A DNA stretch of 64,000 nt. Origin: an uncultured cyanobacterium. GTDB lineage: Bacteria; Cyanobacteriota; Cyanobacteriia; Phormidesmidales; Phormidesmidaceae. This document shows, in pieces, positions 1-11,536 of the stretch; positions within the stretch are counted from its first letter, which is position 1, and each line of letters opens with the position of its first letter. Under the pieces are notes generated by a model that saw only the letters and a program-made list of their open reading frames with translations, did no database searches and had not been told where the DNA came from. Where the stretch lies: positions 192,001 to 256,000 of the forward strand of contig CAWBZI010000005.1 in NCBI GenBank assembly GCA_963793265.1, in the 5' to 3' direction. The translations under genes and the position numbers were made by a program.

Positions 1-459
1 CAGGTTCAGCGCGTCGATCACCTTCGTCATCGCCAGCATCGAATAGCCAATGCCGATGCAGTTGATCGGTACCGCGAACAAAAAGGCTTTTACCCCACGC
101 AGCCATGCCGCCGTAGCGCCGCCGTAGCGCATTTCAGTGAGTTCAGCATCGGTGACGATCTCCGAGCGCCGCCACATTCGCGCGAATATATAGATCATGA
201 CGACATGGGCTACGCCGAAACTCCACCATTCCCAGTTGCCTGCAATGCCGCGACTGCCGACGACGCCTGCAATATAGAGCGGGGTATCAATCGAGAACGT
301 GGTTGCGGCCATACTTGTGCCCGCTAGCCACCAGGGGAGCGATCGCCCCGAAACGAAAAAATCCACCAGTCCCCCCGATGCTTTGCGAGACAGGTACACC
401 CCCAAAATCATCGTGAACACAAGGTATGCAATCACAATTATCCAATCAACTCGTTCCAT
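1..459 (-). CDS. Sodium:solute symporter family protein (N-terminal part; 3' end outside window)
   Basis: Not in ORF track. Hand translation from ATG at 459: MERVDWIIVIAYLVFTMILGVYLSRKASGGLVDFFVSGRSLPWWLAGTSMAATTFSIDTP, a typical SSS N-terminus. Confidence 0.85.
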   Translation of the reverse strand, partial: MERVDWIIVIAYLVFTMILGVYLSRKASGGLVDFFVSGRSLPWWLAGTSMAATTFSIDTPLYIAGVVGSRGIAGNWEWWSFGVAHVVMIYIFARMWRRSEIVTDAELTEMRYGGATAAWLRGVKAFLFAVPINCIGIGYSMLAMTKVIDALNL

Positions 460-554
460 AAGCGCGGCAGCAGCAATAAACACAATTAGTCGCTGCAATC
501 ATGCCACGCTATCGCCCAGATTGGGGGTTCTGTAATGGCTCTTTAAAACCTGAC

Positions 555-2267
555 TCAAGTCTTCAACTGCCAGGTGCCTTCTTCGGTTAGGCGCAGCAGC
601 GACTGGTGATACTGCGTTAAAGACTCTCGATGTCCCACACTGAGGTAGGCGACTTTGTTTTCTGTCAGCCGAGCATAAAGCTGTTCTTCATTCGTCTGAT
701 CCAGCGCACTTGTTGCCTCATCTAAGAGCGTATAAGCAGGGCGATGCAACAGCACCCGAGCAAAGCTCAATCGCTGCTGTTCGCCTAAAGAAAGCACGTC
801 ACTCCATTCTTCAACCGCATCGAAGCCATCTGAGCGATCTTCTAAGTTAGGAAGATTAACGGCTTTGAGGACATCTCTAAGCTGCTCGTCTTCAATATCG
901 GTGTCCGTGTAGGGATAAAGAAGCTGTTGGCGTAAGCTGCCTAATACCATATAGGGCTTTTGGGGGAGAAACAACAGATTGGTAAGTTCGGGTCTTTGGA
1001 TAGTGCCTGCCCCTGAATTCCATAAGCCTGCGATCGCCCGCAACAAAGAACTCTTACCACACCCACTCGGCCCCATCACCAGCAGCGAACCGTCTGTATC
1101 TAACGTTAGCGACAGATCCTCTATCAACGTGCGCTGATAGTTCGGGGTCTGCAAAGTCAGATTTTGCAGCACTAGCTCAGGAGAAGTTTCAAGACTAATT
1201 GTCGAATGAACAGCCGTATCCTCAATCTGTTCTTCTTTAGAGATTTCTTTTTCAGAAGTTTCTTCAGTAATCGCATCCGAAAAGTCATACAGCCGGTCAA
1301 TGCCTGCACCAAACGCCGTCAGCGATTGTAGTCTGGCTACAACAACATTCAGCGAAAAGAAAACGCGAATAAACGCGCCCTGTGCCTCGCTTACCTTCCC
1401 TACTTCCACATCGCCGCCAAACACCCCCGGAGCCACCACAATTGCAGGCAGCACAAAGGGAATAAACTCGTAAAAGTTCGTAAGCCCATTCAGGCTTAAC
1501 TCCCAGGTGATGAGCCTTTTGTAGTTGTCAAACGCGGACATGAAGCGATTTTTGATTTGGCTCGATTCCTGGTCTTCGCCCTGATAGAACGCGATCGCCT
1601 CTGCATTCTCTCTTACTCTCACCAGACTAAATCGAAAGTTCGCCTCCTTCTTAAGCTGCTCAAAGTTCAGCCGCACCAAAGGTTTACCAAACACCCCAAC
1701 CGTCACCAGCGTACCAACTACCGCATACACCAGCAGGAATATCACCAGCTCCCGAGAAATTCCCCACAGTACGCCGCTGAAGGCAATCATAGAAAGAACA
1801 GATTCAACCACCACCAGCGCCAGTAACAAAGACTCTTGCGTAAAGCTTTTCACGTCCTCAGCAATTCGCTGGTCGGGGTTGTCAATATCAGGGCTGAACT
1901 GATTGATATTGTAAAAAGCGCGGTCGGTGAAGTAGCGGTCGACAAAGCTATCGGTGAGCCAGCGTCGCCAGGCTAGGGCGAGGCGATCGCGCAAAAACGT
2001 ATAGCCTGCTAGCAGCGGCGCATACACCACCAGCACCCCCAAAAAGATCGTTACCGTCTGCCAAAATCGCCCCTCATCCTTTGCAGAAAGCGCCGAAATC
2101 AGTGCGCCTCTTTGGTTGTTTAGCACCACGCTTAGCCCGGTGTAGGCCACCAGCGAGAAGGCAATCAGCAGCAGTGCGCCTCTGGCTTTCCACTTTTTAT
2201 CACCCGACCAAAAGGGTTGTGCGATCGCCCAAAACCGCCTAAACACCTTCAGATTAAATCGTTCCAT
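555..2267 (-). CDS. ABC transporter fused permease/ATPase (ABCD/YddA-like)
   Basis: DNPDQRI motif, EAIAFY loop, Walker A GPSGCGKS, LSLGEQQR signature, LLDEAT Walker B. Confidence 0.9.
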   Translation of the reverse strand: MERFNLKVFRRFWAIAQPFWSGDKKWKARGALLLIAFSLVAYTGLSVVLNNQRGALISALSAKDEGRFWQTVTIFLGVLVVYAPLLAGYTFLRDRLALAWRRWLTDSFVDRYFTDRAFYNINQFSPDIDNPDQRIAEDVKSFTQESLLLALVVVESVLSMIAFSGVLWGISRELVIFLLVYAVVGTLVTVGVFGKPLVRLNFEQLKKEANFRFSLVRVRENAEAIAFYQGEDQESSQIKNRFMSAFDNYKRLITWELSLNGLTNFYEFIPFVLPAIVVAPGVFGGDVEVGKVSEAQGAFIRVFFSLNVVVARLQSLTAFGAGIDRLYDFSDAITEETSEKEISKEEQIEDTAVHSTISLETSPELVLQNLTLQTPNYQRTLIEDLSLTLDTDGSLLVMGPSGCGKSSLLRAIAGLWNSGAGTIQRPELTNLLFLPQKPYMVLGSLRQQLLYPYTDTDIEDEQLRDVLKAVNLPNLEDRSDGFDAVEEWSDVLSLGEQQRLSFARVLLHRPAYTLLDEATSALDQTNEEQLYARLTENKVAYLSVGHRESLTQYHQSLLRLTEEGTWQLKT

Positions 2268-2316
2268 AACTGGTCGCCGCTTCGCTTAAGTAGCCACCTT
2301 ACTACACCTCGTCTTC

Positions 2317-2697
2317 TCATTCCTCCTCAGCAAGGTCTGAGATCATCGTTTTAATGACTGATGAGAGTGCAGGAATATCGCGCTTGCAGATAGTAAATAC
2401 TTCTCCAGCGTCCAAATCGAAATAGTGGTGGGACAAAATATCTCGCATTCCTTTTGCCCCCTTCCAATCGACAGACGGATATTGCTTCAACAGTGCACCA
2501 TCCGTTTCGTAATCTATTTTTTTTAGATTTTCTCCGATAGCAATCAACATCATTCCAATGCTATCGAGCATATCTAATCCATGGTCACTACTAAGAAAGT
2601 CTTGTTCAGATCTAATGTTAGAGGCTCTACGAATGACCCGATGTAAAGCCTCATTAATCTGAACCAGCTTTTCGTAGGTGAGAGAAGGATTAGACAT
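2317..2697 (-). CDS. HEPN/DUF86 (HepT-like) toxin
   Basis: GMRDILSHHYF = R-x4-H-x-Y. ATG at 2697 overlaps the stop of the upstream MNT gene. Confidence 0.85.
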   Translation of the reverse strand: MSNPSLTYEKLVQINEALHRVIRRASNIRSEQDFLSSDHGLDMLDSIGMMLIAIGENLKKIDYETDGALLKQYPSVDWKGAKGMRDILSHHYFDLDAGEVFTICKRDIPALSSVIKTMISDLAEEE

Positions 2698-2995
2698 ATA
2701 CGGCTTCTTTCTCAATTCTGGCCTTCAAATAAGTATTCATTTGTTCTCTATATCGAACTAAATCCACGCGCATATTCAGCGCTTCTTCCAGCGCCTCTTT
2801 GATATGCACAGCAGTAAATAAACTAGGTTCTTTCATCTCTATAACCACATCTATATCGCTCTCTGGCGTTGCTTCATTGCGTGCAACTGAGCCGAAAACA
2901 CCTAGATGAGTGACACCATATTTTTCTTCCAGCACAGGCTTCACGTCACGCAACACCTGCAGAACATGACTACGAACCGGCGCTAATTCCCTCAT
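2690..2995 (-). CDS. Minimal nucleotidyltransferase (MntA-like) antitoxin
   Basis: FGSVARNEATPESDIDV = GS-x10-DxD; about 100 aa. Start could be 2995 or 3022. Confidence 0.85.
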   Translation of the reverse strand: MRELAPVRSHVLQVLRDVKPVLEEKYGVTHLGVFGSVARNEATPESDIDVVIEMKEPSLFTAVHIKEALEEALNMRVDLVRYREQMNTYLKARIEKEAVYV

Positions 2996-3069
2996 ATTTT
3001 CCCCATCGTCTTTCAGATGCATCGATCGTACCTGTTTTTACAAGTAGCGAAGGCATATCAATACGTCAG

Positions 3070-3837
3070 CTAAAAATAGCCGTCCTGCTCAATCTCCTCA
3101 ATCACCTGCAATCCCCGCGAGTCACCCACGCTCAAAATCGCCGTCCGAGCGTCTTCCTTCACCCCAAACTCCTCATCTTCAGCAAACGCTTCGATCAGCG
3201 CATCAATTGCCGTTGCATATACAACGTTAGAAGGCAGCTCTGCGCAAATTTGCCCAATGGCCCAAGCGCAGTTACTCCGTACCGCCGACACCGGATCTCT
3301 TCTGAGCCCGCCAATCAGCGAGGGCGTCGATTTGATCATGGCCTCGTAGCCTATCTTTGGCGTTTGGCCCAAGGCACTCGCGGCCCACAGGCGCACTGCC
3401 GAAATATCGTTCTTAAGAGCATCCACCAGGGTGCCGATGGCTCTGGCATCGCAGATGTTGCCCAAAGCCCAAATAATGCCTTTGCGCGCGTAGCCGTTCC
3501 AGTCTCGGTTGAACTGGGCAATGAGAGGCTCTACGGCGATGGGGCTGACGTTGCGGCCCAGTGCGTAGGCGGTGCTCACGCGCACGATGGGGCAAGGGTC
3601 GGCCAGCATTCCAATGAGAAAAGGGATGGCGCGGGGGTCTTCGATTTCGGAGAAGGCGCGGGCTCCGAGGATGCGCTGATCCTTGTCGGGGTGGTGGAGG
3701 AGCAGCAGCATGTTGTCTGGATTGGGTTTGGGGGTGTCGTCTTCCCCGATTGGCGCAATGTCATCTAGCGGGTCAAAGGGGCTTTCGCGCCCGACCTCTG
3801 CATCTAATACTGCTAGCTCGTCTTCGTATATATCCAC
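3070..3837 (-). CDS. HEAT-repeat (PBS lyase HEAT-like) protein
   Basis: Repeated VRxxAAxALG motifs. GTG at 3837 preferred because the track's longer N-terminus reads through a DNA repeat and into hemL. Confidence 0.8.
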   Translation of the reverse strand: MDIYEDELAVLDAEVGRESPFDPLDDIAPIGEDDTPKPNPDNMLLLLHHPDKDQRILGARAFSEIEDPRAIPFLIGMLADPCPIVRVSTAYALGRNVSPIAVEPLIAQFNRDWNGYARKGIIWALGNICDARAIGTLVDALKNDISAVRLWAASALGQTPKIGYEAMIKSTPSLIGGLRRDPVSAVRSNCAWAIGQICAELPSNVVYATAIDALIEAFAEDEEFGVKEDARTAILSVGDSRGLQVIEEIEQDGYF

Positions 3838-3871
3838 TGCGATGCCGTTTTGTATGGTGTGGATGTCGGAG

Positions 3872-3983
3872 GCCCTCACCCCCAACCCCTCTCCCAGGAG
3901 GAGAGGGGAGCTAGAGGCCAGATTCATGTCCCCTCTTTCATGTCCCCCTTCTCCCTGGGGAGAAGGGGCTAGGGGATGAGGGC
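3872..3983. repeat. REP/MITE-like element with imperfect terminal inverted repeats and two internal hairpins
   Basis: GCCCTCACCCCCAACCCCTCTCCCAGGAGGAGAGGGG...CCCCTTCTCCCTGGGGAGAAGGGGCTAGGGGATGAGGGC. Confidence 0.75.
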
Positions 3984-3991
3984 TCTTGCTT

Positions 3992-5293
3992 CTATATCTC
4001 AGCAAACACCCGCCGCGCTGCCGCAATCGTCTCTTCTACGTCCTCATCGGTATGCGCTAAAGACGTGAAGCCTGCTTCAAACTGCGAAGGAGCCAGGTAA
4101 ATACCGTTCTCTAACATGCCACGGTGGAAGCGGCTGAACTTTTCAAGGTCAGACTTTTTCGCATCGTCGTAGTTATGAACTTCGTCGCCAGTAAAGAACA
4201 TGCCGAACATGGCGCTGATGCTGCCGCCGCTGACTTCATGTCCAGCGTCGCGAGCCGCTTGCAAAAGACCTTCGCTGAGCTTCTTAGTAATGCGCTCTAG
4301 CTGATCGTAAGCGCCGGGGCGACGTAGAATTTCTAGCGTTTTGATGCCTGCGGTCATGGCCAACGGATTGCCTGAGAGCGTACCAGCCTGGTATACAGGG
4401 CCAGCGGGCGCGACCATTTCCATAATCTCGCGCTTACCGCCATAGGCACCTACCGGCAAGCCGCCGCCGATGACTTTACCCATCGTGGTCAAATCAGGCG
4501 TGACGTTAAACCGCTGCTGAGCGCCACCGTAAGAGATGCGGAAGCCGGTCATTACTTCGTCAAAGACGAGCAGGGCGTCATTGTCTTTAGTGATTTCGCG
4601 CAAGCCTTCAAGGAAGCCGACATCGGGGGTGACAAAGCCGGAGTTACCGACGACGGGCTCTAGGATGACGCCGGAGATTTCGCCGGGGTTTTCAGCAAAT
4701 AGCTTTTTGACGGCTTCTAAGTCGTTGTAAGGGGCGTTTAGGGTATCGGCGGTGGCGGCTTTGGGGACGCCGGGGGAGTCGGGGAGGCCGAGGGTGGCGA
4801 CGCCGGAGCCTGCTTTGACCAGGAACATGTCGGCGTGGCCGTGGTAGCAGCCTTCAAACTTGATGATTTTGTTGCGTCCGGTGAAGGCTCGCATCAGGCG
4901 CAGAACGGCCATGCAGGCTTCGGTGCCGGAGTTGACGAAGCGCACCATTTCGACGCTGGGGACGGCTTCGATGACCATTTCGGCCAGGACGTTTTCGAGG
5001 TAGCAGGGTGCGCCAAAGCTAGTGCCTTTGTCGAGGGCTTTGTGCAGGGCTTCGAGTACTTCGGGGTGGGCGTGGCCGCAAATGGCAGGCCCCCAAGTGC
5101 CTACGTAGTCGATGTATTCGTTGCCGTCTACGTCCCAAACGTGGGAGCCTTTGACGCGATCAAACACAATGGGCTGGCCGCCGACTGAGCGGAAGGCGCG
5201 GACAGGAGAGCTGACGCCGCCGGGCATGAGGGACTGGGCCGCTGAAAAAATCTCGTCTGATTTGGTGGTTCTTAAGGTCGTGGTAGTTACCAA
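3992..5293 (-). CDS. hemL: Glutamate-1-semialdehyde 2,1-aminomutase
   Basis: [33 protein letters not shown] (PLP lysine). TTG start. Confidence 0.97.
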   Translation of the reverse strand: MVTTTTLRTTKSDEIFSAAQSLMPGGVSSPVRAFRSVGGQPIVFDRVKGSHVWDVDGNEYIDYVGTWGPAICGHAHPEVLEALHKALDKGTSFGAPCYLENVLAEMVIEAVPSVEMVRFVNSGTEACMAVLRLMRAFTGRNKIIKFEGCYHGHADMFLVKAGSGVATLGLPDSPGVPKAATADTLNAPYNDLEAVKKLFAENPGEISGVILEPVVGNSGFVTPDVGFLEGLREITKDNDALLVFDEVMTGFRISYGGAQQRFNVTPDLTTMGKVIGGGLPVGAYGGKREIMEMVAPAGPVYQAGTLSGNPLAMTAGIKTLEILRRPGAYDQLERITKKLSEGLLQAARDAGHEVSGGSISAMFGMFFTGDEVHNYDDAKKSDLEKFSRFHRGMLENGIYLAPSQFEAGFTSLAHTDEDVEETIAAARRVFAEI

Positions 5294-5520
5294 AACGCGC
5301 TCCTTGCTTTGCAGTGAAAAAGAGTGATGGGGCTGCTGACTGGTTGCAGACTGCTGAGACTTTTAATGAGAGATGACTTTGCAATTGTTTGCAGTGTTTT
5401 TTATCGTAGCGGTTTGGGCTACTTTTTTGTTTTGCCGTGTTAAGGAATGTGTGGTTCGATTTCGCTTAAGTAACGAGGATTGCGATTATTGACTACTACT
5501 GTACGCACTGCTTCGATTTT

Positions 5521-6153
5521 ATGAATCCTATTCCTGTTGACGATATTCGCTTTAATGAGCAGGGATTGGTGCCTGCGATCGCCCAAGACCACCTAGACGG
5601 CACCGTACTAATGATGGCCTGGATGAACGCCGAGGCGCTGCAAAAAACCATGGACACTCACGAAGTTTGGTACTGGAGCCGTTCTAGACAGGAGCTTTGG
5701 CACAAAGGGGCCACATCGGGCCACATTCAAAAGGTGCGCGGCCTGCGGTATGACTGCGATAGTGATGCGCTGCTGGTGACGGTTGAGCAAATGGGCGATG
5801 TGGCCTGTCATACCGGGGAGCGGAGCTGTTTTCATCAGGTGGCAAGCGGTGACGGGGTGCAGATAGTTGCCCCGCCTGCCGATACGCTCTCACAGGTGTA
5901 TGGGGTGATTCGCGATCGCAAGCTAAACCCGCAGCCCAACTCCTACACCAACAAGCTCTTTGCAGGCGGTGATAACAAAATCTTGCAAAAAATAGGCGAA
6001 GAAGCGGTTGAAGTCGTGATGGCCTGTAAAGATGACGAGCCGGATGAGATCGCCGGAGAAGTCGCTGATCTGCTGTATCACACGCTTGTGGCGCTAGCGC
6101 ATCATGATGTAGATATTAAGGCCGTGTACCAAAAGCTGCAATCTCGGCGATAA
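5521..6153 (+). CDS. hisIE: Bifunctional phosphoribosyl-AMP cyclohydrolase/phosphoribosyl-ATP diphosphatase
   Basis: [23 protein letters not shown], then KIGEEAVE and EVADLLYH. Confidence 0.96.
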   Translation: MNPIPVDDIRFNEQGLVPAIAQDHLDGTVLMMAWMNAEALQKTMDTHEVWYWSRSRQELWHKGATSGHIQKVRGLRYDCDSDALLVTVEQMGDVACHTGERSCFHQVASGDGVQIVAPPADTLSQVYGVIRDRKLNPQPNSYTNKLFAGGDNKILQKIGEEAVEVVMACKDDEPDEIAGEVADLLYHTLVALAHHDVDIKAVYQKLQSRR

Positions 6154-6190
6154 CCGGCTATATTCTTTGATAATACAGATGAACTATTGA

Positions 6191-8272
<2,082 letters not shown>

Positions 8273-8351
8273 CTGAAAAGCTAATTTCCCATAGCCGCTA
8301 CTCCCTGAGACTACCTGTGTAGGTAACTGCTAACGCGGCAACCGTTGGCCT

Positions 8352-10209
8352 ATGATGATGCCTATGAAAAGTCCGTATGAACGCAAACACTGGCTCAAAC
8401 GATTGTCTAAGGGCTGGCCTTGGAAGCTAGGACTATTGCAGCTAGCGATCGCCCTCGCCCCCCAGGCCGCTTTGCCCACCCAGGCGGCTGAGCGAGTTAT
8501 CTTTTCCTTTGGCGCTGGCATTGAGCGCTCCTTCTCAGTCGATACAATTGAAGCGTTTGTATTAGAAGGACGCATTACCGACGAGCTAGCGCCCTACTCA
8601 GGCATGATTGCAGATCTTGACCCGGCAGCAATAGAGCAGGCCCGCGAGCTATTTTCGCAACGCGCCGATATCGACGTGACTACGGTTGCTCAGTTCGCCT
8701 ACACACCTCAAGGCGAATTCTTACTCAACCAAGTAGGCGACGTGTTTCGCACAGGAGCGAGGCTTTCGGGCAGCAAAGGGCTGCGTGGCGCAGCAATATT
8801 AGCCGCTGCTGACACCGAAGAAGGGCTGACCATTCTCAACGTCATTCGCCGGTTTCCCACCCCCGTCCTTAGAATTGATATTCGCGAAGGACTTGCCATT
8901 ACCCAACAGGCCACCAGCTCACTTAATCAGTCCAACCTGGCGATAGATCTCATTGAGCAGATCGCCCTGCGCACAGCAACCGATCCTTTTCCGCCCGGCT
9001 TTTCGGCAGCAGGGCTCAACGATTTAGTGACTCGAAGAGGCCCGTTTCAGGTTAGCCGGTCGTCTACACGACTCAAGGCCACGGGTAAACCTGTCGATCT
9101 CTATCTACCGTCCTCTTTTGTGCCTGAGGTAGATAATTTTCCAGGACTCAAGCATCCTGCTGTGGTGATTTCTCATGGGGTGGGCAGCGATCGCACCTCA
9201 TACACCTACCTCGCTCAGTTCCTAGCCGAACACGGTTTCGCCGTGATCAATATTGAGCATCCCGGCAGCAGCGCCGAGCAGCTAGACGCCTTTGTCGCAG
9301 GCCGCGTCAGCCAAATCCCAGACGAAGAATTTATCAACCGCCCTCAGCTCGTCACTGAGGTATTGAACGCACTAGAAATCCAGGCGCAGTCAAATAAAAA
9401 CCTGGCCAAAGTCGATTTCAACAATGTGGGGGTAATCGGCCAGTCCTTCGGCGGCTATACAGCGCTAGCCGTCGCTGGAGCCCCGCTCAATCTGAATTCA
9501 CTACGCCAGTCCTGCCCGCCCGACTTCAGCGTAGACATCTCGCTGCTTGTTGCAGTGTCAGGCGCTAGCCATCGGCGCACCGAATCAAAGCGACATCAAT
9601 TTCCGCGACCCTCGGGTCAAAGCCGTCGTTGCCATCAACCCCATTACTAGCGCCATCTTTGGGCAAGACAGCCTCGCTCGCATCGACGTTCCCGTTTTGA
9701 TGATGACAGGCAGCGCAGACACCGTGGCCCCGGCCCTACCCGAACAAATTCGTCCCTTCACCTGGCTCACCACGCCCGACCGCTACTTATTACTATTAGA
9801 GGGCGCAACCCACTTTTCCACCATTGGCCCAACGGGCACCGAAACCTTTGATCTGCCACCGAGCATCATCGGCCCCGTGCCTGAAGTGGCTCAGGAATAC
9901 ACCCAGGTCATGAGCCTGGCCTTTTTGAGCACCTATCTCAAAGCAGACGATCGCTTTCGGCCCGTTCTCACCAGCGCCTTTACCAACCGCTTTAGCCTGC
10001 CAGAAATGCCGATTAGCATCATCACCGACTTGCCGACAGCCGAGCTAGACACCAGCCTGCGCGCCGCTGCCGAATCTGGGCAAAGCCTACAGCAGGCGCT
10101 AGATGCCTTTCTCAATCGCGATGTCGCAAACGAAACCTTGATAGAACGAGAGGTGGTCAGACAAAAGTCTGATAGCACGAGCGCAGAAATAGGCTGGCTA
10201 CCCAAATGA
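8352..10209 (+). pseudogene. DUF1400 + alpha/beta hydrolase (dienelactone-hydrolase-like), split by a +1 frameshift near 9547-9548
   Basis: ORFs 8352..9650 (SHG, GQSFGG) and 9547..10209 (QCQAL...RDPRVKAV, catalytic-His region THFS) join to SLLLQCQAL if one T is removed. Could be a sequencing error. Confidence 0.75.
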
Positions 10210-11210
10210 TCGATGGATTTATTAACCTGCATAAGCCCGCTACCTGGACATCTCACGACTGCGTAGCCCGCACGCGCAGGCTGCTTGGAACCAAAAAGGT
10301 CGGTCACGGCGGCACGCTCGATCCGCTGGCGACAGGCGTTTTGCCCATAGCCGTAGGACGTGCAACCCGGCTGCTTCAATATTTGCCGACGCGCAAAGCC
10401 TACCGGGCGCTGATTCGATTCGGTGTCACCACGACAACCGACGACTTAGAAGGCGAGATCGTCACGCAGCAGTCTGCCGACCATCTTCAGCGGTCAGAGA
10501 TAGCGGCAGTTCTGCCGCAGTTTACGGGCGTATTGAACCAAACGCCGCCGATGTACAGCGCGATTCAGGTGGAAGGCAAGCGGCTTTACGACCTAGCGCG
10601 TAAAGGTAAAACAGTGGACGTGCCGACCCGGCAGGTGAGCATTTATCAGATCAAGCTAGGCGACTGGCGCGATAATCCTCAGTCATCGGCGCAGCCAGAA
10701 TTGAGCTTAGATGTGGCGTGCGGGCCGGGGACTTATGTTCGCTCTTTGGCGCGTGATTTGGGGGCAGCGCTAGGGACTGGGGCCACATTAGCCGGGCTAG
10801 TACGTACGCATAGCAGTGGCTTTAACCTGGCTGAGAGCATAACGTTGGAGGCGTTAGAAGCTGCGATCGCCCAGGAAACATTCGCACCCTACCCAGCCGC
10901 AAAAGCCGTTGAACACTTGCAGGCAATAGCCCTACCGGCTTCGCTCGCGCTGCGCTGGCGAATGGGCCAAAAGCTCGCCCTTACCGAAGCAGGGATTATG
11001 GGTTTGACAGACGAGCAGAAAATGACGCGATCGCTCGATGACACTCTCAATGACATCGCTGACATCTCATCTGAACCTCTACGCGTATTAGAAGCTACTA
11101 CAAATACTTTCTTAGGTATCGGCGAAATTCGCACGGTGCCTAGCATGGCTGGCCCCACGCTGCCACCCGGCAATATTCTGGTGTCTAAAATGGTGTTTTT
11201 GCCGGTCTAA
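10206..11210 (+). CDS. truB: tRNA pseudouridine(55) synthase
   Basis: KVGHGGTLDPLATGVL, PPMYSAI, GTYVRSLARDLG. Confidence 0.96.
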   Translation: MIDGFINLHKPATWTSHDCVARTRRLLGTKKVGHGGTLDPLATGVLPIAVGRATRLLQYLPTRKAYRALIRFGVTTTTDDLEGEIVTQQSADHLQRSEIAAVLPQFTGVLNQTPPMYSAIQVEGKRLYDLARKGKTVDVPTRQVSIYQIKLGDWRDNPQSSAQPELSLDVACGPGTYVRSLARDLGAALGTGATLAGLVRTHSSGFNLAESITLEALEAAIAQETFAPYPAAKAVEHLQAIALPASLALRWRMGQKLALTEAGIMGLTDEQKMTRSLDDTLNDIADISSEPLRVLEATTNTFLGIGEIRTVPSMAGPTLPPGNILVSKMVFLPV

Positions 11211-11300
11211 TGCCCGAAACATTTGTTTATACTCTCGGATCGGGAAGGCAATACGATATGATTAATTAATCTTTCAACTCGCCCTTCGGAAGTATAAGAA

Positions 11301-11420
11301 ATGATCACACTCAAAATCGTTGTCTATATCACCATCTCCTTTTTCGTTGGCCTCTTCATCTTCGGCTTTTTGAGTGGAGATCCTGCTCGTAACCCCGGCG
11401 GCAGCAACGACTTTGACTAA
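11301..11420 (+). CDS. psbI: Photosystem II reaction center protein I
   Basis: Below the track's length cutoff: [39 protein letters not shown]. Confidence 0.97.
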   Translation: MITLKIVVYITISFFVGLFIFGFLSGDPARNPGGSNDFD

Positions 11421-11460
11421 GCACGCGTTCTCATCTTAATACTGATCGACTTTTGATCGT

Positions 11461-11489
11461 AGCAGCCCGCATCGTCGGGCTGTTCTTTT
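11461..11489 (+). terminator. Probable intrinsic terminator after psbI
   Basis: GCAGCCCG-catcgt-CGGGCTGT followed by TCTTTT. Confidence 0.6.
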
Positions 11490-11536
11490 GTGTGGGAAAT
11501 GTACGTAATTGCGAGTATTAGGAGTGTTAGCGGCGA

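Noticed and set aside
3838..4026. N-terminal extension of the HEAT protein in the ORF track
   Set aside because: Translates the repeat element and overlaps the hemL 3' end.
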